A stretch of DNA of 62,504 nucleotides, counting the filler, from Phoronis australis (lineage: Eukaryota > Animalia > Phoronida), in the NCBI GenBank assembly GCA_002633005.1. It is 5 parts of 5 records of this genome, joined end to end, with 100 filler letters (N's around TTAATTAATTAA, not from the genome) between each part and the next. Parts side by side here need not be neighbours in the genome. Positions count along the whole stretch, not along the records: positions 1 to 21,093 come from NMRA01000417.1; positions 21,194 to 26,090 come from NMRA01001149.1; 3 more parts are not named here. One strand, 5' to 3'. The translations under genes were made by a program, and so were the position numbers. Below, piece after piece: positions 11,762 through 25,456 of this stretch; within the stretch, counting starts at the first letter, position 1, and each line of letters opens with the position of its first letter. The notes under the pieces are model-generated. The model was given only the letters and a program-made list of their open reading frames with translations. It ran no database searches and had not been told where the DNA came from.

Positions 11762-14122
11762 ATTCGATTTAACTGCCCACTGCTCGGTTAACCGCCCTCC
11801 CCCGATTTTTTAAGAGTTCCAGTTAAGCGCCCACCTCTCGGTTAAGCGCCCACCCCGACTTTTAAAGAATGAAGATTTAGCGCCTAGTGCTAAGGAAACG
11901 CGCGATTCCCCGACTTTTAGAAAAAGTTCGATGATCACAATGAGTGCAACGACGCCGGGACTCCGAGATGGTGGTTTAGCAATCTGAATCACAATACAGG
12001 TAAAGAGTTATTGTCTTGGGTCATGAACTCACTTCAAAATACTTGAACGTTTTTGTCACTTTATTTTCTTCCCTTGTTTGCAAAGTTTAAGAACGCCGCC
12101 GGCGTCAAAACCCTCCGCTTTCAGCGACTTTGTCTGCCGCACTGAGTTTCCGTCTGCAGTGCATTAGATAAAACATATTTTCGAAAAAATCAGGCCAGAG
12201 AAATGTGACAATGGTTTTGCCAAACCTCCAAATTCTATTAAGGTGGGAAGCTCTCGTATTTTGAACAAATCTCACAACTCACGGAAAGACGTCAAATTCT
12301 CAATATTTTGATGAATATAACTGCCGGGTTATAGAGGATGCGGGGAGACCGAAGGGACAGTACAAGTGCCTTACTGGGTTACCGATTTCGTTGCTGCCTG
12401 TCGATTTCTGAATTCAAACGTTGGCAATAATGTATGTTTGTGTATGATCTTGAAGTAATAAAAAACGGCTAGTCAAATTTTGTTTTTCGCTTATTGCATC
12501 TCAGTCAAACTGGTTAGCAGATTCGACTAATGTCGCTGGCTGTTCTTTACTATTTCTTGTGTCAGCCCCCACGTAAGCGTGACTGTGTGAATTATCGTTT
12601 CCACATCCCCTTTTTAGCCATCCGGAATAGTTTTGTTCATACATTGGCCATTTTCAGCCTGAACAAAAATTCTTACCATTCGAGTCTGAAATATCTACGA
12701 CGTAGACTGCTTGACGATAGTGGGTAGGAGATTCACGCAGCTAGTTACAGGGATGGGCTTAGGGAGCATCGAGCCGGGAAATATGGGAATAGACTTGACA
12801 TCGCAGTTTTGGGGAACATTGGCAACGGAGGAATATCGTAAAGAACTGGGTCTTTCGTAACAACAGCTTAAAAGTACATAGTCACGCCCGTTTTTGTTAC
12901 TTCGTCGGACTGTCGCTATGTGTGACTGATTTGTAGTGGTGCACGTGCGCAAGTTCCCACACTTTGGAGTGCATGTTACCTTGACACCAACATGTGATTG
13001 ACAGGTGACTCACACGTAGGCCCTACGTGCGTGCTGAACACCGCCACTATCTTTGGCCATAAAAAACGAGATGCATATTGAAAGAGGCCGTTATATTACT
13101 TGACGGCATTTCCAAGTCACGATTGTCAGCCGACTGAGACATTGCGCGATAACAGCGGGACCGAACAGTGCCGCAGTGCGATATTACAAGTGATATAAAT
13201 AGGATAATCTGGACATCTTACATGAAAAATAAATGTTTTTCCACCACGAAGTTTGGTAAGGTGATCGTTTAGAATAATGAATTGAAACATTGCTGTTTTC
13301 TGACATTTTGTAACATATTTATGCAGTTGCTTGAAATTTTATTCTTGATCGACGACTGGCTCGACCACCCCCGATCCTTGTCTTACTTCTTTGCATAGCA
13401 TGTTTGGCGCAACGGCAAGAGAGCAATGCCGGGCTGTCGAGATAAGACAGCTAGCCGCAGAACCATACGCTGAAAATGTCATTGAGTCACGGAGTGTCGA
13501 CTATAACATCCCAAACACAAAAAACAACAGAGTTAAGTTTTTCAAACTTTTATTACAACCAATTTTAAAACTGCTCTCTGACTCAGAACTTGACAGCTAC
13601 ATATAGTACGAGACTGTAACCATAAATTTGATGTCTGACCTCTGCAACACGTGAAGCTTGCACGCGCGCACTTAAGCAGGGTCACATCTTGAAACAGTTT
13701 TAATTCTAGTGGAGGCTGCGTGGTGACTGGTCGTCTGCGCACCGCAGGACGGCACGGGGCTATTACTCAGCAATTTTGTAAATTTAATAGTGAATGACTA
13801 ATCTGAGGGCAAGAGAACCTTTGTTGGGATCATCCGCTGTTATGACGTTTTCACAGTCACTTAGCGACGTGACGATAAAGCTCTTTGAAAAGGGCTACGC
13901 GTTCCGAGTATGAGTGTCGTGTCGGGATTTAGATCGCCAGGTAAGATTAACCGCCGAGGGCGGTTGACTGTCGTAATAAGCGCCCATGTTCGGTTAACCG
14001 CCCTTCTCCTACTTTAGGTGGATTTTCGATTTTACCGCCCACTGCTCGGTTAACCGCCCTCCCCCGATTTTTTGGGTTCGCCAATTTAACCGCCCAGGGC
14101 ATTAACCCGAACGATTACGGTA
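11762..14122. mobile_element. Tc1/mariner-pogo-like non-autonomous element, left TIR missing
   Basis: Right end ...cgattacgg|TA at 14122. Subterminal ttaa(g/c)cgccc repeats occur at both ends. A roughly 48-bp direct repeat lies at 11763-11810 and 14025-14072. Confidence 0.5.
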
Positions 14123-15052
14123 TGAACAACAATCTGAATTGGATCTCGATCCGAAATGTGATTAACTTTCTGTTCTGGCCTTGCTAAAATGCTGCTTACT
14201 TTATCCCTAGCCTTTCTTTTGCTTAGACATGCAGCCTTTATATGACCTTTCTTGTGACAGAAATGGCATTCAGTCTCTTTAAAACGACAATCCATTGCCG
14301 CAACTGGGACATCTTCCCTTTGGAAAATACCTAAACTTCTGTGCTTTGCTCTGCCTGCTTTCTTCCCTCCTTTTCTTTTGTAACTTAAGCACTGGATCTC
14401 CGTAAACCGTTTCTTTTGCAATTTTAGACGCCTCTTCAATTTCTGCTGCTATTTCTATGGCTTTCTTAAAAGATAATTCATCATCTTTTATTTTGAAAAG
14501 GGCTTTTATTAGGACCGCCTCATTATTAATTCAACAAATAAATCTTATTCTCATAGCTTCATCCTGAGGATCCGTTGTTGTTGGAAAATCGCATTTTGCA
14601 GCGTCTTGTCGAATGCTAGCTCCTGTATTGTCTCACCTGGCTGTCTTCTTGTGTTAGACCAAAATTTGAATTGCTCCCAGACTACAAAATACTTCGAATT
14701 GAATTGATTCTCCATAAATGTTGTAATTTTATTGATTGTCAGTTGATTGATATCCTTGGAAGGTGTCTGCTGCTCTGCCAAAGTTGCAAGCAACTTATCA
14801 ACCCTATATGTCTGATTCATCAAGAAAGTTTGTGAAACTTTTTCTTAGGTATGGAGTGTGCAAATGTTTGGAATCTGGACCAATAACCCTTCCAGAGTTC
14901 CACTGAACTGTCGAACGCACCAAAAGTTGGCGTAGATGTCGTTGGTTGGTGCATCAGCCTACTAGTGATCATCTCGGCAAAACGCTGATCATTCTGTTAC
15001 TGTTGGTTGATTTGTTGTTGTAATAACGAAATAATGCCAGCCAACTCACCCA
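14123..15052 (-). pseudogene. Degenerate Ty3/Gypsy gag fragment
   Basis: Frameshifted pieces: FDSSVELWKGYWSRF, LLATLAEQQTPSKDINQLT..QFNSKYFVVWEQFKFWS..RQPGETIQEL, and the zinc knuckle CHFCHKKGHIKAAC. Confidence 0.8.
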
Positions 15053-15140
15053 TCTTTTTATGCGCCCACATATTTATATGTGGACGCATTATGCCGTCAT
15101 CTCTGTCCAACCGTCCGGGCGGCTTCCGTCTGGCGTACGG

Positions 15141-15921
15141 CAGGGCTTCATCTAGGATTTCGAATATAGGGTGTCCAAAATGGGGTTCCCAATATTCCAG
15201 GGCGTCCATGATTCCAACGCCGCATTACCCCCCNTTGGTCATCTCAAGTCAAATTCTGTTATAAAGTTTATTATATCAACTTCACTAGCTTTATATTCTG
15301 TACAATGAGTCATCAAAGCTGCAGTTACCAACAAAAGAAAAATGCACAGATGATGTTGGTTTATATTTTGACAACAGGTGTCACTGCTGCTCCATTTTAG
15401 ACGCACATAGAAAAGCATGAAACAGGCGAAAACTCAAACATTTTAAATGGGGATATTCTTGCGGCACATCATATTATTAAAATAATGACATTTATTTTGC
15501 TTTTGGTATTTTTAAAAAAAGATGAAGTACATGAAATTACAGCTCTGAAACACCAGTTTGGAGTTAAGCAAGGTCCATGTCCCTATGTAAAGTACAGAAT
15601 GGCAGTGGCATGTGAGTTTATTGAAAGCAGACACTCTGGCAAACAACCACGTGCTATTGATTGACAGGTCTACTAAATAGTTTGAAAATAGTTTGAATAT
15701 TGCAACATTTTAAATACTTTGTATATTTCTTTCTGAGTTGAAAGGGCCAACTTCCCGCTTTGATTAGCTGGGAGTCTTAGAAATCTTTCAATGTGTCCAA
15801 ACTGGAGAAATTCAGATTGACAGGGCGTCCAAATGATACATTGGGCGTCCTTGCCAGGGCGTCTACATTAGTGCAAGGGCGTCCAAATGGACGCCCAGGA
15901 CGTACGCTGCATGAAGGCCTG
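15141..15921. mobile_element. hAT-family MITE inserted in the HINE
   Basis: TIR CAGGGCTTCAT / ATGAAGGCCTG (10/11 match). Perfect 8-bp TSD GCGTACGG at 15133-15140 and 15922-15929. Confidence 0.85.
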
Positions 15922-17306
15922 GCGTACGGTGTCCGCTGCTCTATCTCCAAAACCCTTTGATACATGTTCATGAAGTTTGCACATGTTCCATTCATGAATG
16001 GGACGGCATGAGTGAACTTTCGGACGGAGCCAACTACCATTGTGTCCCCTAGTGGCAATTTTAATTTTTTATTTTCATGAAATTTGGTATGTAGGCACCT
16101 ATTAGTGAGATGACGCCATCCTCCCATCTTCTGATGGATTCGAAGTAGTTTGCGCCACCTAGTGGCCATTTTTACTGTTTTCGATTCTGTTTTTTGCGTC
16201 CACCCCTCTATCAACCAAACCGCTCAAAGGATGATTGTGAAAATTAGCATGTATGTGCTTACTATGAAGAGAATGGTTGACGATGATTTTCTGACAGTTT
16301 CGACTACTCTGGCGCCCCCTAGTGACAGTTTTTTTGCGCCTGTGACTGTATCTCCTAAACCATTCGCAGGATCTTTACGAAATTTAGTTAGTTTATTTAT
16401 ATGATGTTAACAACGGACGAAGACGACTTTTGGACAGATCCAACTACCGGTGTGCCCCCTAGTGGCAAGTTTATTTTTTACGTTTACCTTTGTATCTTCA
16501 AATTTAAAGTCCTTAACGGATTTTTATGAAATTTAATGTGTAGGCACCTATTAGTGAGGTGACGCTATCCTCCCGTTTTTATATGGATTCGACGTAGTTT
16601 GCGCCACCTGTGGCCATTTTTACTGTTTTCGGGTCTGTTTTTTACGTCCACCCCTCTATCAACCAAACCGCTCAAAGGATGAATGTGGAAATTGGCATGT
16701 ATGTGCTTACTATAAAGAGGATGATTGACGATGATTTTCCGACGATTTCAACTACTGTGGTGCATCCTAGTGGCAGTTTTGTTTTTGTTATCTTTTCAAT
16801 TCATCTCTAACAACTAGTCAATTTAAACAAAGGCCCATTGCTACCTATAGGCCTAATCCACTAGCTGCTCAGTAGGCGTGCAGTCCGGCTCCAAAGTCGC
16901 TGAGAATAGATGGGTTTTCATCTGAAGAATGAGTTTGTGGCAATCCTGAAAATTATGGGAATTTGAAAGTTGCAAGCATTTGATAATTCAATTGATATCT
17001 TTTTAGAAATATTGGTTATCATCAACAGGACTAACACTCCCATCCAATTAGATGGAAAACGCACATGAATGGTTTTGTTTACCCTACCTAATTTGCATTC
17101 ATAAGGGAGGACTCGCATATTGTGCAGTTTTTACAGGAGTTCTGGTAGTGCAGAAGTTCAATATGTTGTACCATATTCAGAACATCGAATTCAGACTATA
17201 AGAATGCTGTGCAAAACATTACACTTACAGACCGAGGTAAGATGTAGACTCTGCTATCAAGACATAATAATGTGACTGACTTTGCAAAGACACTTCACTT
17301 GGACTG

Positions 17307-18202
17307 TGTCAGACGATAGTCTGTGTGGGTTTGTTTAAAAGGTAGCTATGCTTTGAAGTTGTGCGTAGATGGAGAGTGAATAATCAAATCCAGTAATTAA
17401 TTTATTATATGATAACCCCTAATTAGACAAATGAAACCTATTAATTAATAATCAACTACAAAGAGAAACTACGCTAGCGCCCTCTTTAAAGATTACTTTA
17501 ATCAAACAACCAAACGATCAAATGTCTTATCTGCTATCCAAGCTAGGACTCTCCACTTGTTGGATGTCTGTCCTGTTGGTGAATCTTCGAGCTACACACA
17601 CACTGTATAGCGACAGTGTACTTGCTGGTCACCGTCTCTGGTGATTCAACACTTGCAGGCAATTTCTTCTAACCGCGACTCTTCTTGCTGGTCACAGTCT
17701 CTGGCTGATGACGCAACACTTCAGGTAGTATCTTACTACCCACAATGCAAGTGACAAGCTCTTAGTTAACTTCCGGTTCGTTAACCCTTGCCCTTTTCAA
17801 GATCCTCTCTAGAATCTTCCACGAGATGGCTCTGTCGTACAACTGCTTCTGTACACCGTAGCAAGTCTTTATGCTTCAACTACTTTAGCGCATCTGATTA
17901 TCTTGCTGATTTCAGCCCATAATATAACATTTTACTTATTTAGTGATTGGCTAATAAAAACCACATGATCATATCCACTCGTACTATTGGCTTTTACAAT
18001 TTGTTCTCAGAATATTCTAGACTCTCTAGAGTACTTTGACCCCAGAACCCAAAGTTGTAAACACCATCTAAAAATAGATTTTGACGTTAAAATACATGTC
18101 AAGAAGTCTGGCCCCATGATTTAAAAGTACATATGCACAAATTTTGGGCAACTTAAAATGGATCTATTCTTACTAATTACTTAATCAATATTTATTCTGA
18201 CA
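17307..18202 (-). mobile_element. Solo LTR (896 bp)
   Basis: TGTCAGA...TCTGACA termini. Perfect 5-bp TSD GACTG at 17302-17306 and 18203-18207. AATAAA on the minus strand near 17401-17406 suggests orientation. No coding content. Confidence 0.75.
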
Positions 18203-19779
18203 GACTGTCTACATCATGGGAAAAGTTTAATTCTGTGTAAGACTTTTTGTGCTTAGTTGACTATTGATATCACAATTATTGAGTAGCTTAAAGGAGAATG
18301 CCACCCGATTTAATTAGTCTTTTTGCTGTCTTAATCGGTCTATATCCACATTACCTCGCATACGGTCGACCTTACCTCACCAAGAGGTGTCGCGTTAACC
18401 TGTGAGGAAGGTGAGAAACGACGCTAGAGACGTCAGTGGTTGATATGCAGAGTGAATGCCGCTATGTTGCGGTGCATCGTTCCCGCTTGTCCGAACTAAG
18501 CAGCTGCGAGGAAAGTGGGTATATCGTTTTTTTTTACTTCCTCGTGAGTCCGAAATGCTTAGGAAGTGACTCATGGTAGTAAAGAATGAAATGTACACTG
18601 TAAATAGCAAGTATGAGGCCGTGAAACATCTCCGTGTCTGTGGCAGTGCCTGACGACTGCCGGCTTACCAAATAACTCCATACGTTCCGTTGTCTGAGCT
18701 TGTTCACGGCGCCTCTCTAGTATTTCTTCATCACTGTATTCCTGTTTGAATTGATAGCCTTTAAAACTTAACGATCCACCTGCGAAGTCAGGACTGATGA
18801 GCTCTAGCTCATCCTAAGTCAGGATTGCGAGTTGCCATGTTGGCGTTTATTACTGAGCGTTCTGTTTCAAAATGAATTATTCTCACCCTAACCAATACTT
18901 ATATAAAACTTAAACAAAGTCTGTCTCATTAGATGCAATTTGTAATGCCTTTGGAGTGTTTGTGAGTGCAGATGATTTGAGAAGCCAGCAATTAATAAAT
19001 CACTGCGTTACTGGCTTTAGGTGCAGTTTTTACGAATGCGACCTGTTTAGATTTTCAGATGTGGAGAACACTGTTATATGAAGTTGACTATGGATGACGA
19101 CGACTTTCGGACAGATCTGATTACTGCTGTGCCCCCTAGTGGCAATTTTAGTTTTTTACGTTTAACTCAGTATCTTCAAAGGTCCTGAACAGATTTTCAT
19201 AAAATTTTAAATATAGGCATCTATTGGTGTGATGACCCTATCTTTCTGTATTTGGATGGAATCGACGTATTTTGCACCATCTAGTGACCATTTTTGCTGT
19301 TTTCAAATCTTGTTTTTGGTGTCCAGCACTGTATCAACCAAATCATTTCAAAATTGGCATATATGTTCTCAGTGTGAAGACGACCTTTGATGATGGTGAC
19401 TGACTACTGTGGCACCTCCTAGTGGTAGTTTTGTTTTGCACCCATAGTTGTATCTCTTAAACCCACTGCAGGATCTTTACTAAATTTAGTAAGTATATTT
19501 ATATGAAGATAACAGACGGCGACTTTCAGGCGAATCCAGCGGACACTGTGCCGACTAGTGGCAATTTCATGTTATTCTATTTTCCTTTGTTTCTCTGAAG
19601 TTCCTTGACAGATTTTTATGAAATATGGCATGTTCCTGTTTTTGGATGGATTGTATGTTTTTGCGCCATCTAGTGGCCATTTTTATGATACAAATAAATA
19701 ACCCTAAAAGCACACCATTTGCAATGCATTCGTGGGCGCATTTCATCGCTCCGTGTTGCTCTTGTTTTATATCCTGCCT

Positions 19780-20690
19780 ACTACGCCAAAATGTGTTACG
19801 TTTTTGTAATAAAAGAAATGTAAAATATATGGACAGGAATTGAAAATGACATCACAAAAGGATGACGTCATGGAAAACTATAACATCACAACAATTTCTT
19901 TCAGCTTTTAAGCTATATAAAAAAATTACTATGCCGCCACATTAGCAGTGACTCCAAGGAAATAAAGCATTGGCCAAAATAAACCAAATATCGTGGACTA
20001 AAACTGCTGTTTTTTATCAAATTGGCTTCTGAAATTGAATTCTCCATGAAAAAATTGTTATTGTCGTTTGTTCCCAAAGAAATACAATAAAAATTAGCCA
20101 AAAACGATGTCATTGTGCTTACCAAGAGAAGTGTGTTTGCTGTAATGCCGGATACACAATTGATTTATGACCTGTGAGCGTCATCAAAAGATTGCAAGAA
20201 CGCTTTAACAATATAAAACTTGTTACCTGATCCTGGAAACTCCTTTCGTGTACGGTGTGCATTTTTTACTATACATGTGCTATAAAACTACTCATGTTAA
20301 AACACCATGTAAAGCACATAGGGACACATCTATATGTTTGAATTCAAACAATCCAAGAAAGAAGGTGTTAAGTGTGTTAACGGTTTTCTTCTGTGTGACA
20401 AATATGCAAACTCCTGAAATATGACCTTGCTTTCCTAAAATGTAACAATGATACATTTCTCCCATGTGTATTCCATAAATTGTAACAATTACACAAAATG
20501 TAACAACTTGTTACATCTTAGGAGAGGCCTAGCAACAAAATGTAACAATGATGTAAAATGTAACAGTTGTTACTTTTATGGAATTGTTACATTTTACTGA
20601 GTATCATAGCATCCCTGGTCGAAAAATACATTTTAGGAGAGGCTTAGCAACCTAAAATGTAACAATGATGTAAAATGTAACAGTTGCGAT
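19780..20690. mobile_element. Deleted copy of the AAAATGTAACAA-repeat TIR element family (see 47369-50077)
   Basis: 19985-20325 matches 48195-48540, and 20320-20606 matches 49805-50077 including the end gttacattttac..gtatca. Confidence 0.7.
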
Positions 20691-21093
20691 ATTTATGTGT
20701 TACTAATAAAGCACTTTTAAGCAAACTACATATTCATAGCAAGGTTAAAAATGTTGTTGAGTTACGGAAGTACCGACATCGTGACTTTACGCGACAAAAC
20801 GACAATTTCCGTACCGTCCTTGACCTCGAGCGGCAACCGATGGACGTGTGTGGGTTTTTTTTTGTTCTTTGACTGCGAATTTCTTACGAAGTCGCCGGAA
20901 CAGGACACCGTGAATGGTATTGGGAGAAAGAACAATTCTTCATGGTTTGTTGAACCTCTGTTTTGTGTAAATTTATTGAGTTTTATGTTTGCTATGGACG
21001 GCTGAAGTGAAGCACCCGTGGAATTTCTGGTCGGAAGTGTCATACCTTGTAGTATTATATGTAGTGTATTGGGGACGATCAGAAGCTGAGGAC

Positions 21094-21193
21094 NNNNNNN
21101 NNNNNNNNNNNNNNNNNNNNNNNNNNNNNNNNNNNNNTTAATTAATTAANNNNNNNNNNNNNNNNNNNNNNNNNNNNNNNNNNNNNNNNNNNN
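21094..21193. other. Artificial scaffold linker N44-TTAATTAATTAA-N44
   Basis: Exactly 100 bp, with stop codons in all six frames. Identical linkers occur at 26091, 53507 and 60003. Confidence 0.97.
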
Positions 21194-21454
21194 GTATAAA
21201 TGCTTGCTACATTGCTGCATCAGTATGCCAAATTTTGTCAAATGTTTGGTGACAGCTAAACAGTGCTAAACATGCCAACTACAAGGTAAACTTTTCTTGT
21301 AATTTTTAATCTTGTTGATAAAATGGTCAAAATGAACTTGTATTTATTGCACAATACACTTCAATATGCTAAACCAAAAGACGTCTGGATTATTGGGAGC
21401 AACGTTGTTTGAGCTTGGTGTGAAAATTTAAATAAGGTATTTCAGAAAGTTTAT

Positions 21455-21778
21455 GATATTGGCCGAGAATAAATAATATTGGCCAAGCATAAATAATATA
21501 GGCCTATCTTAATAGTATTGGCTTATCTTAAATAGTATTGGCCCATCTTAAGTAATATTGACCAGGCTTGAGTAATATTGGCCTAGCTTAAGTAATGTTG
21601 TTCTACCTTAAATAATATTGGTCTATCTTTAGTAATACTGACCTATCTTTAGTGATATTGACCTATCAATATTGGCCTATCTTATGTAATATTGGCCTAA
21701 CTTAAGTAATATTGATCCATCTTAAATGATATTGGCCTATCTTAAATAATTTTGGCCTACCTTAAATGATATTGGCAA
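21455..21778. repeat. Minisatellite, ~20-bp unit AATATTGGCCTATCTTAA(G/A)T
   Basis: About 15 degenerate tandem copies are visible directly. Confidence 0.9.
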
Positions 21779-22150
21779 TGGGCCGTAAAAGTTTCCGCGT
21801 CTTTTGTCATAGGTCATTCCAAGCCCTGATCTATAAATTCAGTGTCTTTGTTCATTATAATTACTTGAAGTTATGATTGTGTTTATTAACAGGTGGTGAA
21901 GATGATAAATCACTTACAGTGGGTACTCAACTTGCTGTACTCCCAATTCCGGAAAGAGGGGAGATTCCGNAGTCCCAATTTTTCTCGCGGAAAGGTTCAC
22001 ATTGACCATTTCAGGGGCTGGTTATCGGGCATGATTTGGGCCGTAAAAGTTTCCGCGTCTTTTGTCATTGGTCATTCCAAGCCCTGATCTATAAATTCAG
22101 TGTCTTTTTTCATCATAATTACTTGAACTTATGATTGTGTTTATTAACAG

Positions 22151-22343
22151 ATGGTGAAGATGATAAATCACTTACAGTGGGTACTCAACTTGCTGTACTC
22201 CCAATTCCGGAAAGAGGGGAGATTCCGACGAGCAGCTGACATTAGTGATGACATAGAGATATTGATGCTGCCATCTTCTCCTAAAAAGCTGCCAGATGGG
22301 TCTCTAGAGATGAACTTTGTGGCTAAGAATAAAACGACCAATG
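22151..22343 (+). CDS. Candidate internal exon of an unidentified extracellular-type protein (RFRR furin-like site)
   Basis: Acceptor ttattaacag|. Open frame MVKMINHLQWVLNLLYSQFRKEGRFRRAADISDDIEILMLPSSPKKLPDGSLEMNFVAKNKTTN. Weak donor G|gtagta. Confidence 0.45.
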
Positions 22344-25300
22344 GTAGTATTTTTAACCTTTCCAGCTAATATGCTAGGTTTGCAATTAATTATTTTCAAA
22401 AGGTGATTTAACACATTTTATTCAATCTTCTAAAATCTGTGTGCCTTTTTAAAAATCATGCTTTTCATGGAGATATACATATTTTCCAAAAACATGTATT
22501 CCTTCCTCCACACTTCCAAATTAGGTTTCTTTATTCCATTAGAAGCATGTCTGCGATTATATCTTTCTAGCAATACGCCAATGACAATGTGCCTGCACCA
22601 TTTGTTTATCTGGCTCATTCGACTGCTGCAGCACCTCCTTGTGGCCCTAAGAAACTTATCGTACACGATGCACCATGTGTGGTTGTGAGCGCCCCCTGGT
22701 TGCTCTTGTTAAAAAGTGGATGGGGTTTACGTGGAAACCTCATTATGTATGACCGCAGTTGAATGAGTACCCATAATGCACGTGTCTGCTGTCACTCTCT
22801 ACGGCCACCATTTAGGTGGTGGTGCACCATCAAAAATAAAAACTTAACCAAACATTCAAATTAAATTCTGCAGTAAAGTTTGAAAACATTTGGAGTTGTG
22901 TTGAACAAGTTTAATTTGGACTCAAGTTTGTCTGAACTAACTGTTAGTTAAAATTTGTTTCGTGAAGTTTTTGACTAAAATACAGCAGAATGATTGTCCT
23001 TAATAAATATTGTAACTAATATGTCTTTGAAGTAATGAGATGTTTTGACTGGAATTTTGGAACTTTGGTGCACTCAAGANNNNNNNNNNNNNNNNNNNNN
23101 NNNNNNNNNNNNNNNNNNNNNNNNNNNNNNNNNNNNNNNNNNNNNNNNNNNNNNNNNNNNNNNNNNNNNNNNNNNNNNNNNNNNNNNCTTGAGTGCATAA
23201 AGCGGTGACCTCCCGCTGAGAGCACGCGCTGATGAAGAGACCACAGCTAACTCGATCGCTTCGCAATCAGGAGGTGAAAACACTCTCATGACCGCAGTTC
23301 TGAATTCCAACTAAGCAAGCCCTATTTCGAGGAGCGGATTTGAATTGTTTTCGTCCCCAGACTGTGGATTGCAGAGAAGATTAGAATGAGGTCAACATCG
23401 AACTTTCAGCGGCTACCTACATGTATCGTGTTGAAAGTTTGAAGTGTCAGAACCATAGACGGAGCGCGCGGGATGTCTATGATTCCTGTTCTTCTTCAGT
23501 TGGCGAAAACATTGCTATCGGCATAAAGAATGACCGTGGGTTATTCATTTTGAGTTGGACACCTGTATCCAAGAATAAATATTAATACTCTGAAATATCT
23601 CACCCTACGCGTTTCGTTTCTTTGACGTTGTTTGAGGTTGCGGCATCGTGAAACAACGCCGTCGGGTGAGAGAAATTGCACCGAGTAACTGGAATTGGCT
23701 GCAGTTCTTTCCTTTAGAATGCCCGCACTCAACTGTGTCATTTTCTTGGCAAGTCTCTTGCCTGCCGAAATCTTTCTGAGCATTGAAGACCTCGGCCTTT
23801 TCNGTGAAACAACGCCGTCGGGTGAGAGAAGTTGCACCGAGTAACTGGAATTGGCTGCAGTTCTTTCCTTTAGAATGCCCTGACTCAACTGTGTCATTTT
23901 CTTGGCAAGTCTCTTGCCTGCCGAAATCTTTCTGAGCATTGAAGACCTCGGCCTTTTCCTGCGCCAATAAACCTTTTATCTGCTACAGAAATGTTATGCC
24001 TAATTTCCTACCATTTTAGCACACTTTGTCGTTCTGCTACAGTTAGCACTGCCATAATCGTATTTCTTAATTCCGCCACAGTATGCATACTTGGAAGTTA
24101 GTTTTGCTAAGTATTTTTTTCCAAATTAAGCCACAACAGTTGTTCATCATTAAATGCCTCAGATTCCTCGACGCAATGGACATTTCCGTCAACACAAAAC
24201 GCACCTTTGCCATTCTTAAAAAATCGTATATATGTGCTATAATTGCTTCGAAGGACCGGCATTAACCGTGGCTGGAATGTCTGCAGCTTCGCGACTAAGT
24301 CTACAGCAAACTCCTGTTGAAATTCTCTATACTTCATAATTCTGGTTTGCAGGTGCTGATAATTGCCTTTGATGGTTTTCATAATAAGAGACTACAAAGC
24401 ACACACGCCCACTGGCCTGCTGCCTTACATTTTCACTGGCCACCTTGCTACAGTCGACTTGCGCAATAGCCGAATTAGTGTCCACATTTGTGATCACGCG
24501 CAGTTGCAGCAACAAATTCGGTACGAATCCATAAAACCTTTTACACGCACAATTAAATGCGCAAAACTGCTCCTGTANAATTAGCATGGCCATATATTTT
24601 AGAATATTGTAGTTTTTCACTTGGACGTAAAAATTTTACCAAACGCAACAATTTCCAGTTTCCCAAATTTTTTTGAAAGTTCTTGTTTTTTTACAATTCT
24701 CTGGCTAAATGCAGTGATGGAAAATATCGGGTATATGTTTCTGTAGCTGTTACTGAATAATGAAGTAGAATTTGGATTTTTGATAATGATTCGCCTCTGC
24801 AGTACTTTCTATGATCTCTAAGAAACTTACTGACTATTTTGAAAAAATACTCTGGCACATCACCGTAGACAAATTCATATAATTTTTGTCCAAAGCATTT
24901 ATGTGATACACAATTATTTTAACAGAATACTGTTGAAAGTCACTATTAAACATGGGTCTTGCATTTTGAGAACCAGTTTTCTCCACTGAATAACGGGCGT
25001 CAAACTAGTTCTCAAAATCCGAGATCCCTGTAGGGACTTTTCATGCTTCACGTGTTAAGACTGTGATAGAATATAATTTAAAAAGTTTTATCCTCGTTGC
25101 AAAGGTAGCATTTTCTCTAATTACCGGTGATTTCTGATCTTGGTAAGAACTGGGAATGGGTTCCTAGTTATGCACTGAACATGATCCCAAGTAATAATGA
25201 TCTGTCTTTTATAATTATTTCCACAAATTGATTCTCATCTGAGTAATGAACAAGTTGAGACCATTTTTGTAACGACTGGTGTAGTAAGTCAAAACTTGGT

Positions 25301-25456
25301 TTCTTTGTTCACCAAAAGGGGTTGATAGTTTTAATTAGGGGATAATCAAAACTACTTCTTACTCCCGACATAGCAATTTTCTTGTCACAAACCAAACCTT
25401 GATTCTGTCTGGTGTTTTATATCTCTGCCTCCGCTCATTTTGTTCTGGTCTCATAG

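Larger units (their letters stand above)
15055..19765 (+). mobile_element. Helentron-associated non-autonomous element (HINE/DINE-1-like), copy 1, with nested insertions
   Basis: T-run insertion site. Perfect 10-bp subterminal inverted repeat ATGCGCCCAC (15060-15069) / GTGGGCGCAT (19732-19741). CCGT-rich tract near the 5' end, internal ~420-bp tandem units, 3' weak hairpin then CTTGT. Co-linear with 35243-36485. Confidence 0.75.

Noticed and set aside
18288-18765. Kolobok-like TTAA|AGG...CCT|TTAA element
   Set aside because: The inverted match does not extend beyond a few bases, which is insufficient support.
21138-21149. TTAATTAATTAA palindromes (also within the linkers at 26091, 53507 and 60003)
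   Set aside because: They are centred in identical 100-bp N blocks and are artificial all-frame-stop linkers.
21779-22227. Apparent duplicated exon (21893 and 22151)
   Set aside because: Near-identical copies either side of the N at 21970 point to a haplotype or overlap artefact.
23648-23960. Internal repeat in ORFs 23541-23939 and 23605-23967
   Set aside because: The duplication is centred on the N at 23803 and is probably an assembly artefact.
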